Assembly (NCBI GenBank): GCA_947594925.1
Contig: CANQEJ010000002.1
Location: forward strand, 2-64,001
Origin: an uncultured Bacilli bacterium
GTDB taxonomy: Bacteria > Bacillota_I > Bacilli_A > RF39 > UBA660
DNA length: 64,000 nucleotides
Reading direction: 5' to 3'
A program made the position numbers and the translations under genes. The notes under the pieces were generated by a model. The model had not been told where the DNA came from. It searched no databases and was given only the letters and a program-made list of their open reading frames with translations. Position 1 is the stretch's first letter, and each line of letters starts with the position of its first letter. Below, piece after piece: positions 1-10,530 of this stretch.

Positions 1-17
1 TCACTTTTTTACTTATA

Positions 18-70
18 GGACATTTTGTTTTGTAAATACTTTTTAAAAAAGCGGACATTTTGTTTTGTAA
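18..70. repeat. 18-nt perfect direct repeat GGACATTTTGTTTTGTAA x2 (18-35 and 53-70), 35-bp period, upstream of first CDS
   Basis: Read directly from sequence; both copies identical, flanks differ. Confidence 0.8.
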
Positions 71-151
71 TTCACAATCTTCATCATTGAATTCTTGATT
101 TTTATTTGCGTCTATGTTACAGTAACTTAAAAATTAAAGGCGAGGGGTTTT

Positions 152-1444
152 ATGAAATATATGATTTTTAATGATGGTTGTGTCAAAGAGCATGCAATGT
201 TAAACTATCTAGATAAAGAACTAATGTCTTTAGGTTATATTGAAGAAAGCGATTACCATCAAGCAGATATAATAATATATAGCACTTGTGCCGGATTAAG
301 AGAAGCTTTCGAAAATGCGGGCTATAATATTAGCTTCTTAGCTCATATAAAAAAAAGAACGACTAAGTTAATAATAGTAGGATGTTTAACAAGGAATTGC
401 AATCTTGAAAAATTAGCCAATTTAGAAGCCAATCGTCGTGATATTAAAATAATTTCTGATTACAATTTTGGTGAGGCTATAAAAAATTATTTATTAAATG
501 AAAATTCCCAATATACTATAAAACAACAATTAGAACAAAAAACAACATTTAAATATCACAATGATATATGTCTTAGATTAGAAATGGAAGATGGCTGTAT
601 TAATCATTGCACTTTTTGTAAATACAATTATATGAAAATGCCAATTACATCAGTACCTTTTCATGATACTTTAGAATATTTAAAAGAACGTATTCAAAAA
701 GGGACAAAAATAATCAATTTAGGAGGAGAAAATTTAGCATTATATGGAATAGATTTATATAAAAAGCCTGTTTTACATAAGTTTATTCAAGAATTATCAA
801 AGGTTCCCGGTCTTGAAAAAATTAATTTATTAGAAATTACAGTTTCTAATATGTATCCCGAACTATTAGATGAAATTTGTCATAATCCTAAAGTAGCTAA
901 AATATGTATTCAACTAGAAAGTGCTAGTAATAAAGTTTTATCTTTAATGAAAAGAAACCATACTATTGAAGATTTTTATTATATATTAAAAAAGTTAAGA
1001 GATAATGGTAAGTTTGTCACTACAATATTAATGAGTGCATTTCCAGAAGAAACCTATGCAGATTTAGATTATACTGCTAACTTTGTTAGAGAAAATGCCG
1101 TATATGTTAATCAAATATGTCAATATGTTGACTTTGAATATATCGCGTCCCATAACTTAAAACAATTTTCTTCTAAGGAAGCTGCCGCCCATCATCGTTA
1201 TTTAACAAATGCAATTGCCAAAAGTAATAAAGAGGTGTTATATAATGCAATGCCTATGTTAGAAAAAGCAGTAATAGTTGGGCAAAACGAAAAATATACT
1301 TATCTAAATAATGGTAGTTATACTGATGGTTATTCTTTTACTCAAAAATTTCAAGAATATAATCCAGGTGAGATTATAAAGGCTACACCTAAAATGATAG
1401 TTAAAAGCACTGATACTCCATATTTATACGTTTATCGATATTAA
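152..1444 (+). CDS. Radical SAM methylthiotransferase-family protein (MiaB/MtaB/RimO-like)
   Basis: CxxxCxxC radical SAM motif (CINHCTFC); three N-terminal Cys in UPF0004-like spacing (GC..., STC..., VGC); GGCGAGGGG RBS before ATG; a second, canonical miaB is at 17350. Confidence 0.7.
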   Translation: MKYMIFNDGCVKEHAMLNYLDKELMSLGYIEESDYHQADIIIYSTCAGLREAFENAGYNISFLAHIKKRTTKLIIVGCLTRNCNLEKLANLEANRRDIKIISDYNFGEAIKNYLLNENSQYTIKQQLEQKTTFKYHNDICLRLEMEDGCINHCTFCKYNYMKMPITSVPFHDTLEYLKERIQKGTKIINLGGENLALYGIDLYKKPVLHKFIQELSKVPGLEKINLLEITVSNMYPELLDEICHNPKVAKICIQLESASNKVLSLMKRNHTIEDFYYILKKLRDNGKFVTTILMSAFPEETYADLDYTANFVRENAVYVNQICQYVDFEYIASHNLKQFSSKEAAAHHRYLTNAIAKSNKEVLYNAMPMLEKAVIVGQNEKYTYLNNGSYTDGYSFTQKFQEYNPGEIIKATPKMIVKSTDTPYLYVYRY

Positions 1445-1559
1445 ATTTTCTGATTATATAACTTAATTTACTAAACTCTATGGAAAATTATTGAATTGCT
1501 CTGATTTTTTTGATAAAATGATATGGTAAGATATGAGATAGACTATGGAGGAATAGATA

Positions 1560-1967
1560 ATGGCTTTTAAAAGTTTAAAAAAGATATTTATGGATGAAGA
1601 TGCAGAAAATGAAGCTAGTGAAGATGAATTTTATGCAATGAGTGAAGAAGATGCTTTAAAAGAAGCAGATAAAACTGGTAATAAAATGATTTTATTAGAA
1701 CCAAGAGCTTATTCTGAAAGTCAACAAATTGCTGACCATTTAAAAAATCGTAATAGTGTTGTAGTTAATTTAAAAAGAGTTACCTCTGACCAAGCTAAAA
1801 GAATTATTGACTTTCTAAGTGGAACAGTTTATGCAATTGGTGGTTCAATGGAAAAAATTGGTGTCGGAATTTATTTATGTACTCCTAAAAACGTTAATGT
1901 TCAAGGTAAAATAACAGAAGATAATAAAGATAGTAAAAAAGATGATGAAGAAGAAGTAGAGTGGTAA
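1560..1967 (+). CDS. sepF: Cell division protein SepF
   Basis: [27 protein letters not shown]...[18 protein letters not shown] core typical of SepF; adjacent to DivIVA gene. Confidence 0.8.
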   Translation: MAFKSLKKIFMDEDAENEASEDEFYAMSEEDALKEADKTGNKMILLEPRAYSESQQIADHLKNRNSVVVNLKRVTSDQAKRIIDFLSGTVYAIGGSMEKIGVGIYLCTPKNVNVQGKITEDNKDSKKDDEEEVEW

Positions 1968-2004
1968 AATAAAAGACAATATAAAAAGTTTGTCGAGGTG
2001 AAAC

Positions 2005-2433
2005 ATGAAAAAGTTTAGTACGAGTTTCAGAGGGTATGATAAAAATGAAGTTAACGCTTTTGTTTCTACAGTAGCCGAAAAATATGAAAGTATGCTTAAT
2101 AATTTAAAAGAGCGTGATAAAAAAATTTCGGAGTTAGCTAGTAAATTAAAAGATTATAAAAATATTGAAAGTTCTTTTAATCGCGCTATGGCTATGGCTG
2201 AAGAAACGGCTAGTCAAATGAAAAAACTAGCTCGCGAAGAAGCAAATGGAATTATTAATGAAGCCAAAGCTAATGCTTCCCGAATAGTTAATAATGCCTT
2301 AGTTAAGTCTGAAAAGATTGAAAGTGAAAACCAAGCTTTAAAACATCGTACTAATTTAGTTAAAAAACGCCTTAAACAAACTTTAGAAGATGAACTTGCT
2401 ATGTTAGATGATATTGATGATTTTGATTATTAA
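2005..2433 (+). CDS. divIVA: DivIVA-domain cell division/polarity protein
   Basis: N-terminal F..SFRGYDKNEVNAFV motif followed by coiled coil. Confidence 0.75.
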   Translation: MKKFSTSFRGYDKNEVNAFVSTVAEKYESMLNNLKERDKKISELASKLKDYKNIESSFNRAMAMAEETASQMKKLAREEANGIINEAKANASRIVNNALVKSEKIESENQALKHRTNLVKKRLKQTLEDELAMLDDIDDFDY

Positions 2434-2486
2434 TATCTTTTTTTTCGAAACTATGTTAAGATATTTATATAAGGAGAGATTATAAA

Positions 2487-3023
2487 ATGTCAATTAATGA
2501 AGTAGAAACTAAAATGCAAAAGGCTTTAGATAATATGGAAGCTAGGTTTACTAATGTTAGAGCAGGAAGAGCTAATCCTGCTATGTTAAATGGAATAATG
2601 GTTGATTTTTATGGAACACCAACACCAATCAATTCTTTAGCTAATATTACTGTTCCTGAAGCTAAACAATTATTTATTAAACCTTTTGACAGAAATACTT
2701 TAAAAGATATTGAAAGAGCTATAAATGAAGCTAATATTGGGATTACTCCTACGAATAATGGAGAAACAATTATTTTAACTGTTCCAGATTTAACAGAAGA
2801 ACGTCGTCGTGACTATGTTAAGCAAGTTAAAGCTATGGCTGAAGATGCAAAAGTAGCTTTAAGAAATGTTCGTCAAGATGCCAACCAAGCAATAAAAAAA
2901 GAAGAACTACCTGAAGATGAAGAAAAAGGTATGATGGAAGATGTTCAAGAATTAATTGGAAAATACAATAAAATAATTGATGAAAAAGCCAAAGAAAAAG
3001 AACAAGAATTAATGCAAGTCTAG
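2487..3023 (+). CDS. frr: Ribosome recycling factor
   Basis: Full-length similarity to Frr (RAGRANPAMLNGI..., ITPTNNGE.I....P.LTEERR). Confidence 0.95.
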   Translation: MSINEVETKMQKALDNMEARFTNVRAGRANPAMLNGIMVDFYGTPTPINSLANITVPEAKQLFIKPFDRNTLKDIERAINEANIGITPTNNGETIILTVPDLTEERRRDYVKQVKAMAEDAKVALRNVRQDANQAIKKEELPEDEEKGMMEDVQELIGKYNKIIDEKAKEKEQELMQV

Positions 3024-3048
3024 TAAATCTTTTAGGATTTACTTTTTT
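3023..3048 (+). terminator. Rho-independent terminator after frr
   Basis: GTAAATC/GATTTAC hairpin followed by TTTTTT. Confidence 0.6.
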
Positions 3049-3060
3049 AAAGGAGTTAAA

Positions 3061-3390
3061 ATGGTAGAATTTAATGATTTTTTAAAATTTGATATAAGAG
3101 TAGGGACAATTATTGAAGTACTTGAGTTTGCTAAAGCAAAGAAAAAAGCTTATAAATTAAAAATTGATTTTGGTGCTAAAATTGGTCTTAAAAAATCATC
3201 TGCTCAGATTACGGAAAATTATAATCCTCATGATTTAATAAATAAACAAGTAATTGCTATTATTAATTTTCCGAAAAAACAAATTGCTGATTTTCTTTCT
3301 GAAGTACTAGTTTTAGGGATTTATACTGATAATGGAGTGGTTTTATTAAGTCCAGATATGCAAGTAAATAATGGCACAAAGATTGGTTAG
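3061..3390 (+). CDS. tRNA-binding domain protein (CsaA/EMAP-type OB fold)
   Basis: FDIRVGTIIEV...KLKIDFG...SSAQIT pattern of the tRNA-binding domain family. Confidence 0.7.
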   Translation: MVEFNDFLKFDIRVGTIIEVLEFAKAKKKAYKLKIDFGAKIGLKKSSAQITENYNPHDLINKQVIAIINFPKKQIADFLSEVLVLGIYTDNGVVLLSPDMQVNNGTKIG

Positions 3391-3441
3391 ACTTTAAGTT
3401 TTATTTTAATCATGCTATAATCTTTTTAGGATGTGAGACTA

Positions 3442-5358
3442 ATGAAGAAGTTTGGATTTTTTTTGTTAATGTTATTTATTCCCGTTTTAGTGCATGCTGA
3501 GGTAGATTATGATATTACCGATTATTATATTTCTTCCGAAATTGAGATTGCCGGGGGTATAAAAATTAAAGAATTAATAGTTTTAGACGGTTCTTTTAAC
3601 GGTTATCAAAGAGATATTGTCTATAAAAATAGCTCTTTGCCCCAATGGAAAGCTGGAGATATCAACTTTGAAAAAAGCTCTATTTATGGTGGTTCCAGTT
3701 TGGAAAACTTAAAAGTAGCAACATTTAAAGTTTCGGATAATGTTGATTTTAAAACTATGCAAAATATAAATAGCAATTCCTTTGCTGAAGAAGTTACTAG
3801 TGCCTCTTTAGGAGATAAAAATGTCTATACCATCGAAAAAACTGCCGATGGGGAAAATGTCAAAATGTTTAGCCCAACCAGTAACGGAAAAGTAGCTTTT
3901 TACTTAGAATATGTTATTACTAATGCGGTAGTTATGCATAATGACGTGGCCGAATTATATTATCCTTATGTTGGTGATAAATTTTCCGACCCAATTGATA
4001 ATGTTAAAGTCCAAGTAATTTTACCTTATGCTGATACATCTGATAATTTTCGCATCTGGGCGCATGGTCCTTTATCAGGAGAAATAAGCAAATATCAAAA
4101 TAAAGATAAAGAACCAATAGGTGTACTAGCCGAGGCCCGTAATCTTCCTGCTAATACTGGTTTTGATATTCGTTTAACCTTTGATAAATCTTTAATTCAA
4201 ATTGCAGATTTCATGAACCACTCTAACGAAGATGCTTTAGATAAAATTATTGCCGTTGAAGAAAAAAGAGCAGATGAAGCTAATGCCCAAAGAAGTAAAA
4301 TAAGATTTATCTATTATGGTGTTATTATTTTAGCAAGTCTTTATCTAGCTGGTTTAGGAGGACTATGGCTATACATTTACTTTAAACACGATAAAGAATA
4401 TAAAAGTGATTTTAAAAGCAAATATTATCGTGAATTTATTGAAGATTACGGGGTAGAAGTTATTGATTATTTAAATAAAAAAAGTATTACTCCTAATGCT
4501 ATGAGTGCCTCTATAATGAATTTAATTTATAAGAAAAATATTGAAGTAGAAGAAATAGCTGATGATAAAAATAAAAAGGCTTATAAATTTACATTAAAAA
4601 ATCAAGATAACTTAACGGAAGCCGAAAGTTATTTAGTTGATTTCCTATTTAATACAGTAGGAGAAAATAATGAATTTACAACAAAACAGTTAAAATCATA
4701 TGCCTCATCAACCCATACATATTCCGTATTTACATCTAAGTATGAAAATTGGAAAAATAAAGTAATTGCTGAAGGGATGAATCAAAATTTCTTTGAAGAT
4801 AAGAGTAATGTTCATAAATTAGGAATTTCTTATTTTTGTCTAGGAATAATCATTTCGGTTATAGGTATGGTTAATAATGTGCAAAGTCCCCTTATCTATG
4901 TAATGTTAATTCCAATGTTTATCTTTGTTATTTATACTGTAACCTTTAACAAAAGGACGAAAAAAGGTAATGAAGATTATGCAAAATGGCAAGCTTTTAA
5001 AAATTTCTTAAATGATTTTGGTACTTTTGATACAAAAGAACTTCCTGAAATAGCTTTATGGGAAAGATATATGGTTTATGCTGTAATCTTTGGTATTGCT
5101 GATAAAGTTCAAAAAGCTATGAACGTAAAAATTAAAGAATTTGACCCTAACAATCCAATGTATTCTCCTTACATGAATAATTGGTTATATTATGATATGC
5201 ATTTCCATTTAGCCAGAACTATTAATAGTACAGTTTCTAATAGTATTAGTGCTGCTAATGCTCACTCAGTTAATGCTAGTGGTGGCGGTTATGGAGGCGG
5301 ATTTTCCGGCGGCTCCGGAGGAGGTTTCGGTGGTGGTGGCGGTGGTCATGGCTTTTAA
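3442..5358 (+). CDS. DUF2207-like membrane protein with Gly-rich C-terminal tail
   Basis: Signal peptide, large extracytoplasmic N-domain, TM segments, terminal GGGYGGGFSGGSGGGFGGGGGGHGF. ATG 3442 preferred over GTG 3433 because of TAGGA RBS spacing. Confidence 0.6.
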   Translation: MKKFGFFLLMLFIPVLVHAEVDYDITDYYISSEIEIAGGIKIKELIVLDGSFNGYQRDIVYKNSSLPQWKAGDINFEKSSIYGGSSLENLKVATFKVSDNVDFKTMQNINSNSFAEEVTSASLGDKNVYTIEKTADGENVKMFSPTSNGKVAFYLEYVITNAVVMHNDVAELYYPYVGDKFSDPIDNVKVQVILPYADTSDNFRIWAHGPLSGEISKYQNKDKEPIGVLAEARNLPANTGFDIRLTFDKSLIQIADFMNHSNEDALDKIIAVEEKRADEANAQRSKIRFIYYGVIILASLYLAGLGGLWLYIYFKHDKEYKSDFKSKYYREFIEDYGVEVIDYLNKKSITPNAMSASIMNLIYKKNIEVEEIADDKNKKAYKFTLKNQDNLTEAESYLVDFLFNTVGENNEFTTKQLKSYASSTHTYSVFTSKYENWKNKVIAEGMNQNFFEDKSNVHKLGISYFCLGIIISVIGMVNNVQSPLIYVMLIPMFIFVIYTVTFNKRTKKGNEDYAKWQAFKNFLNDFGTFDTKELPEIALWERYMVYAVIFGIADKVQKAMNVKIKEFDPNNPMYSPYMNNWLYYDMHFHLARTINSTVSNSISAANAHSVNASGGGYGGGFSGGSGGGFGGGGGGHGF

Positions 5359-5374
5359 TAAAGAGGTGTTATAG

Positions 5375-6010
5375 GTGAATATCCAACTAAATGACTATTT
5401 AATCGAAGTTGTAATTGTCAGAAAAAATAATAAAAATATTTACCTACGTGTCAAAGAAGATTTAAAGCTTTATGTCACCTGTCATCCTTTAGTAAGTAAA
5501 AAAGAAATACTTAATCTAATTCAAGCTAATCAAAAAAGCATTCTTAAAATGTATGAAAATATGCTTAATACTAAGGCTTATAATAATGATTTTTACTACT
5601 TAGGAGATAAATACGAAGTAATTTATGATGAAAGTCTTAAAACTCCGGAAATAAAAGGTAATAGTCTTTTTGTCAAAGATACTAAAATGCTTGATAAATT
5701 TTGGCAAAATGAGTGTCAGCGAATTTTTAAAAGAAGAGTTAATGATTTAAAAATTTTATTTCCTAATTTACCCGATTTTAGTATTAGAATAAGAAAAATG
5801 AAAACGCGTTGGGGTGTTTGTAATCGTTCTAATAATACGGTAACTTTAAATAGTGAACTTTTAAAAAAAGATGTTTCTCTTTTAGACTATGTTATAATTC
5901 ATGAATTATGTCATTTTAAACATCCTAACCATAGTGCAGCCTTTTGGCAAGAAGTTAGCAAGTATTATCCATATTATAAATTAGCCCGTAAAAGATTAAG
6001 GGAGGTCTAG
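5375..6010 (+). CDS. YgjP/DUF45-type (M48-like) zinc metallohydrolase
   Basis: HELCHFKHPNHSAAFW zinc-binding signature near C-terminus. Confidence 0.7.
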   Translation: MNIQLNDYLIEVVIVRKNNKNIYLRVKEDLKLYVTCHPLVSKKEILNLIQANQKSILKMYENMLNTKAYNNDFYYLGDKYEVIYDESLKTPEIKGNSLFVKDTKMLDKFWQNECQRIFKRRVNDLKILFPNLPDFSIRIRKMKTRWGVCNRSNNTVTLNSELLKKDVSLLDYVIIHELCHFKHPNHSAAFWQEVSKYYPYYKLARKRLREV

Positions 6011-6011
6011 T

Positions 6012-6761
6012 ATGAATCAAATTACTTCTTTAGATAATGCCAATGTTAAAAGATGGTGTAAATTAAAAAATAAAAAATATCGTGATAAAGAGGGGATGTT
6101 TATTGTTGAAGGTGAACATCTCGTATTAGAAGCTATTAAGAAAAATGTTGCTTTAGAAGTTATATTAGATAAAGAAGCTTTATTTCCTATAGATATTCCT
6201 AAATATTATGTTACAAAAGAAATATTAAAGAAAATAACATCCTTAGATAATCCCCCTGGTATGTTAGCGATTGTTAAAAAATTAGAAGAACAACCTTATG
6301 GACATAAATTACTCCTAATTGATAGTTTACAAGACCCTGGAAATTTAGGAACGATAATTAGAACTGCTAATGCTTTTAATATTGATACAATCATCTTAGG
6401 TAATAATACAGTTGATTTATATAATGAAAAAGTCTTAAGAGCTACCCAAGGTTTAATTTTTCATATTAATATTCTGAAAAGAGATTTAAATACTTTTATT
6501 GGTGAATTAAAAGAAAAAGATTATATGATAATTGGTACTAATGTAACTCATGGTAGTAAAGTAGAAGACTTAACGTTAACCAAAAATTATGCTTTTATAA
6601 TGGGTAATGAAGGTAATGGGGTCAGTAAAGATATCTTAGATAAATGTAATAATTATATTTATATTCCGATGAGCGATAGTTGTGAAAGTTTAAATGTCGC
6701 AATAGCAACAGGAATAATATTATATGAATTAAATAAAAAGGGTGAAGAAAATGAAAAGTGA
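6012..6761 (+). CDS. TrmH/SpoU-family RNA 2'-O-methyltransferase
   Basis: SpoU motifs: DPGNLGTIIRTA, GNEGNGVS, LNVAIATGIILYE. Confidence 0.8.
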   Translation: MNQITSLDNANVKRWCKLKNKKYRDKEGMFIVEGEHLVLEAIKKNVALEVILDKEALFPIDIPKYYVTKEILKKITSLDNPPGMLAIVKKLEEQPYGHKLLLIDSLQDPGNLGTIIRTANAFNIDTIILGNNTVDLYNEKVLRATQGLIFHINILKRDLNTFIGELKEKDYMIIGTNVTHGSKVEDLTLTKNYAFIMGNEGNGVSKDILDKCNNYIYIPMSDSCESLNVAIATGIILYELNKKGEENEK

Positions 6762-7407
6762 TACAAAAGTTATAATAGTTATTTCTTTAATTGTTATCTG
6801 CTTATTAGGATATATTGGCTATTATGCTGTAGATACATATAATCAAAATAAAAAAGAAACGGTAGCTTTAAAAGCCAAAACTAAAAAAACAACTAAAAAG
6901 AAAACACCAAAAGTGGAAATAATTCCTAAAGAAGAACCAAAAACATATTCAGAGGCTTTTGGTAAAGAAGTAATGATTAAAGTAAATGACCAAGAACAAG
7001 TACCATTTTATATTTTAGAAGAAGATGATAATACTTATACATTAATTTCTAAAAATACTTTAGGAACATCTTCCTACTACAAATCAGATGATTGTGATGA
7101 AATAACCCAAAGTGGTTGTGAAAATATTACTGATGAGTTAAATATTACTAAGTTTTTACAAGAAAAAACACAAAATTGGACTAATATCGGCGAAATAAGA
7201 ATACCTAATACCCAAGAAATTAAAAATTTAATCACTTATCAAAAAGCTAGTCTTTACCAAAATTGTTCATACTGGTTATTAGATGATAATACCAAAGATT
7301 TAGCTTATTACTATGATAATAATTCTAGAAGCATTTTAGAAGATAAAGTTTATAATAGTCATGATGTTTTAGTAATAATAAAAGTGCTTAAAAGCTATGT
7401 CAGTTAA
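6751..7407 (+). CDS. Hypothetical membrane-anchored protein (Lys-rich linker, Cys-containing C-domain)
   Basis: ORF with GGTGAAG RBS before ATG 6751; N-terminal TM helix; no family recognised with confidence. Confidence 0.55.
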   Translation: MKSDTKVIIVISLIVICLLGYIGYYAVDTYNQNKKETVALKAKTKKTTKKKTPKVEIIPKEEPKTYSEAFGKEVMIKVNDQEQVPFYILEEDDNTYTLISKNTLGTSSYYKSDDCDEITQSGCENITDELNITKFLQEKTQNWTNIGEIRIPNTQEIKNLITYQKASLYQNCSYWLLDDNTKDLAYYYDNNSRSILEDKVYNSHDVLVIIKVLKSYVS

Positions 7408-7425
7408 AAATGCGCAAAAATAATC

Positions 7426-7456
7426 GAAAAGTTGAGGTAGAACTTTTCTTTTTTTT
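7426..7456 (+). terminator. Rho-independent terminator
   Basis: GAAAAGTT/AACTTTTC hairpin followed by T8. Confidence 0.7.
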
Positions 7457-7482
7457 GTTATACAATATTTCTGGTGATTTAT

Positions 7483-8235
7483 ATGTTAAAAATTGAAGAT
7501 TTAACTGTTGTTGCAGATAATAAAACAATTTTAGATAAATTAAATTTAACAATTGATACTGGCAGTATATGTGCTATAATGGGACCTAATGGGGTTGGGA
7601 AAAGTACAATTTGTAAAGTATTACTAAATGACCCTAATTATAAAATAGTTAAAGGAACAATAAATTATAATGGGAAAATAATAAATGATTTGCCAACGGA
7701 TGAAAGAGCAAGATTAGGTTTATTTTTACTTTCTCAAGTTCCTACAGCTATTCAAGGTGTTTCTAATAGTGAAATGTTACGAATTGCTATATCGGAAAGA
7801 ACTAAAGAAGCAACTGATATTTTAAAATTTCATAAAGAAGCCAAAGAAATATGTCAAAAACTAGATATGCCAGCGAATTTTATTCATCGGGATATCAATG
7901 CCGGTATGAGTGGTGGAGAACGCAAAAAAAATGAATTAATGCATTTATGGATGTTAAAACCTGAGTTTATTATCTTAGATGAAATTGATTCTGGTTTAGA
8001 TGTTGATGCCTTTAAAATTGTAATGAAATCCTTAAAAGAATATTATCAAGAATATAAACCATCTATTCTTATTGTAACGCATAATACTAAAGTGTTTAAA
8101 TATTTAAAACCTGATGTTATTAATATCTTAGATAATGGCCAAATTATAAAAACTGGTACGGAAAGTCTTGCTAAAACTATTGATGAGACAGGATTTGAGA
8201 CATTTAAAATAAGTAAGAGTGTGGCTCATGAATAA
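7483..8235 (+). CDS. sufC: Fe-S cluster assembly ATPase SufC
   Basis: Walker A GPNGVGKST, ABC signature MSGGERKK, Walker B ILDEIDSGLD; GGTGA RBS favours ATG 7483. Confidence 0.9.
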   Translation: MLKIEDLTVVADNKTILDKLNLTIDTGSICAIMGPNGVGKSTICKVLLNDPNYKIVKGTINYNGKIINDLPTDERARLGLFLLSQVPTAIQGVSNSEMLRIAISERTKEATDILKFHKEAKEICQKLDMPANFIHRDINAGMSGGERKKNELMHLWMLKPEFIILDEIDSGLDVDAFKIVMKSLKEYYQEYKPSILIVTHNTKVFKYLKPDVINILDNGQIIKTGTESLAKTIDETGFETFKISKSVAHE

Positions 8236-8899
8236 AATATTAATAGAAAATGATAATATATCATTTGATAATGAAGAAGTGGATGTAAACTTTAAAAATA
8301 AAAGCGTAATACTAAATATTACCAACAAAGTTACAATAAATGTTTTAGAAATTAATAATAGCTTAGAAAACTTAATAATAAATATTAATGATAATAGTTC
8401 TTTAACTTTAAATGTATTTAATGAAAATGCTAATTTAAACTTAGATGTTGTTATAAATTTGGCGGAAAATAGTATCTTTCATGGAAATATTGGTTTAATA
8501 GGTTTTACTGAAAATAATTTAAATATTACTACTAATATGTATAAAAATAATATTATTAATGATTTAAATATTAAAGGAATATCTAAAAAAGAGGGAAAAT
8601 TTAATATTAGAGTAGATGGAAAAGTCATTAAAGATACATACAATAATATTATGAAGGAAAGTATTAAAATCCTTAATTTAAATGGCCAGAAAAGTCGTAT
8701 TTTACCAAATATGCTTGTAGCTACTAATGAAGTAAAAGCTGACCATTTTGTAACAATATCTAGTATATCTTTAGATGAATTATTTTATCTTATGAGTAAA
8801 GGAATAAATAAATCCTTAGCTACTAAATTACTGGAAAAAGCTTTTATTTTTAGTCTTTATAGTGAGGATATTCAAAAAATAGTAAATCCAGGGAGGTGA
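8228..8899 (+). CDS. sufD: SufB/SufD-family protein, unusually short (about 223 aa)
   Basis: C-terminal SufB/D signature (VKADHFVTISSISLDELFYLMSKGI); ATG overlaps sufC stop (ATGAATAA). Confidence 0.65.
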   Translation: MNKILIENDNISFDNEEVDVNFKNKSVILNITNKVTINVLEINNSLENLIININDNSSLTLNVFNENANLNLDVVINLAENSIFHGNIGLIGFTENNLNITTNMYKNNIINDLNIKGISKKEGKFNIRVDGKVIKDTYNNIMKESIKILNLNGQKSRILPNMLVATNEVKADHFVTISSISLDELFYLMSKGINKSLATKLLEKAFIFSLYSEDIQKIVNPGR

Positions 8900-8904
8900 T
8901 TAAT

Positions 8905-10101
8905 ATGAATCGGGAAGATTTTCCCATGTTAAAACAAAATCTTATATATTTAGATAATGGAGCGACTTCCTTTAAACCAAAAGAAGTAATTGCTAAAATA
9001 AATGAGTATTATATGACCTATTCTGCTAATGCCCATCGAGGAGATTATGATATTTCTTATAAAGTCGACCAAGAATATGAAAATACACGGGATTTAGTCA
9101 AAGAATTTATCAATGCTAAAAGCAAAGAAGAAATTATTTTTACCTCGGGAACTACAGAGGGGCTAAATTTAATTGCTACCGGTTTTTTTGAAAGAAATAT
9201 TGAACCTGGTGATGAGATAATTATTACCAAAAGTGAACATGCTTCTAATGTTTTGCCATGGTTTAGAATTGCTAAAAATCAAAAAGCTATTATTAAATAT
9301 GTTGAATTAAATGAAGACCATCAAGTTACATTAGAAAATTTACAAAAAATAATTACGCCAAAGACTAAAATTATTGCTCTTGCTCAGATAACTAATGTTA
9401 TCGGTGATGTTCGACCAATTAAAGAAATTTGTTCTTTGGCTCATCAAAATAATATTTTTGTGGTTGTAGATGGGGCCCAAAGCATTCCTCATATGAAAGT
9501 TGATGTCCAAGATTTAGATTGTGACTTTTTATGCTTCTCCGCTCATAAAATGTGTGGTCCAACTGGTATTGGTGTATTATATGGCAAAAAAGAATTATTA
9601 GAAGCCATTGAACCGATTAATTTAGGGGGAGGCATGAACGAATCTTTTGATAACGAACAAGAAGTTTTTCTGAAAGCTTTACCAAGTCGTCTAGAAGCAG
9701 GCACTCCTAATATTGCTGGCGTTATTGGCTTAGGAGCAGCGATTTCTTATTTAAATAAAATCGGCATGGAAAAAATTGAGCAATATGAAAAAGAATTACG
9801 GGAATATTTAATTAGTAAATTAGAAAAAATAAGTTATATTGATATTATTAACCTTCATAGTAAGGCAGGTATCGTTGCTTTTAATGTCGATAATATTTTT
9901 AGTCAAGATGTAGCTTATTACCTAAATCGCTATAATATTTGTGTCAGGGCTGGTAATCATTGTGCTAAAATTTTAAAAAACGAAACCGGGGTTAAAAATA
10001 CCTGTCGAATTAGCTTGTATTTTTATAATACAAAAGAAGAAATAGATAAATTAGTAGAACTTTTAAGTGATAAAGAAAAAATAATAGCGGAGATGTTTTA
10101 A
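8905..10101 (+). CDS. sufS: Cysteine desulfurase SufS (class V aminotransferase)
   Basis: PLP-lysine context FSAHKMCGPTGIGVLYG, active-site RAGNHCA; GGAGGTGA RBS. Confidence 0.9.
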   Translation: MNREDFPMLKQNLIYLDNGATSFKPKEVIAKINEYYMTYSANAHRGDYDISYKVDQEYENTRDLVKEFINAKSKEEIIFTSGTTEGLNLIATGFFERNIEPGDEIIITKSEHASNVLPWFRIAKNQKAIIKYVELNEDHQVTLENLQKIITPKTKIIALAQITNVIGDVRPIKEICSLAHQNNIFVVVDGAQSIPHMKVDVQDLDCDFLCFSAHKMCGPTGIGVLYGKKELLEAIEPINLGGGMNESFDNEQEVFLKALPSRLEAGTPNIAGVIGLGAAISYLNKIGMEKIEQYEKELREYLISKLEKISYIDIINLHSKAGIVAFNVDNIFSQDVAYYLNRYNICVRAGNHCAKILKNETGVKNTCRISLYFYNTKEEIDKLVELLSDKEKIIAEMF

Positions 10102-10530
10102 ATGGATCAGGAAATAAAAAGAGAAATAATTATGGAAAACTATTTACATCCTTATAATAAAGCAACTATAAATGACGAAGAATATATTAAAGTAAATAGT
10201 AATAATGAGTCATGTATCGATAACATTGACTTGCAAATTTTAATTAAAAGTGGTAGGATAAGTGACATTAAATTTAATGGGGAGGCATGTGCGATTTCTA
10301 CGGCATCGACTTCAATTATGATAAAAGAATTAATGGGCAAAACTATTAAAGAAGCCCTTGATTTTATCAATAATTTTGAAGCTATGGTAAACGAAGAAGA
10401 ATATGACGATACCAATTTAAATGAAGCACTAGTATTTGATGATATCTTTAAACAAAAAAATCGCAAAACTTGTGCAACATTACCGTATAGAGGAATAAAA
10501 AAAGCACTTATGGAATATGAAAAAAAATGA
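10102..10530 (+). CDS. sufU: Fe-S scaffold/sulfur acceptor SufU (IscU-like)
   Basis: Three conserved Cys contexts (ESCID, GEACAIS, RKTCATLPY). Confidence 0.85.
   Translation: MDQEIKREIIMENYLHPYNKATINDEEYIKVNSNNESCIDNIDLQILIKSGRISDIKFNGEACAISTASTSIMIKELMGKTIKEALDFINNFEAMVNEEEYDDTNLNEALVFDDIFKQKNRKTCATLPYRGIKKALMEYEKK

Noticed and set aside
5270-5358. A GC-enriched GGT/GGC repeat tract at the end of the DUF2207-like gene.
   Set aside because: It encodes the Gly-rich tail common in this family. It is in frame and not an independent repeat element.
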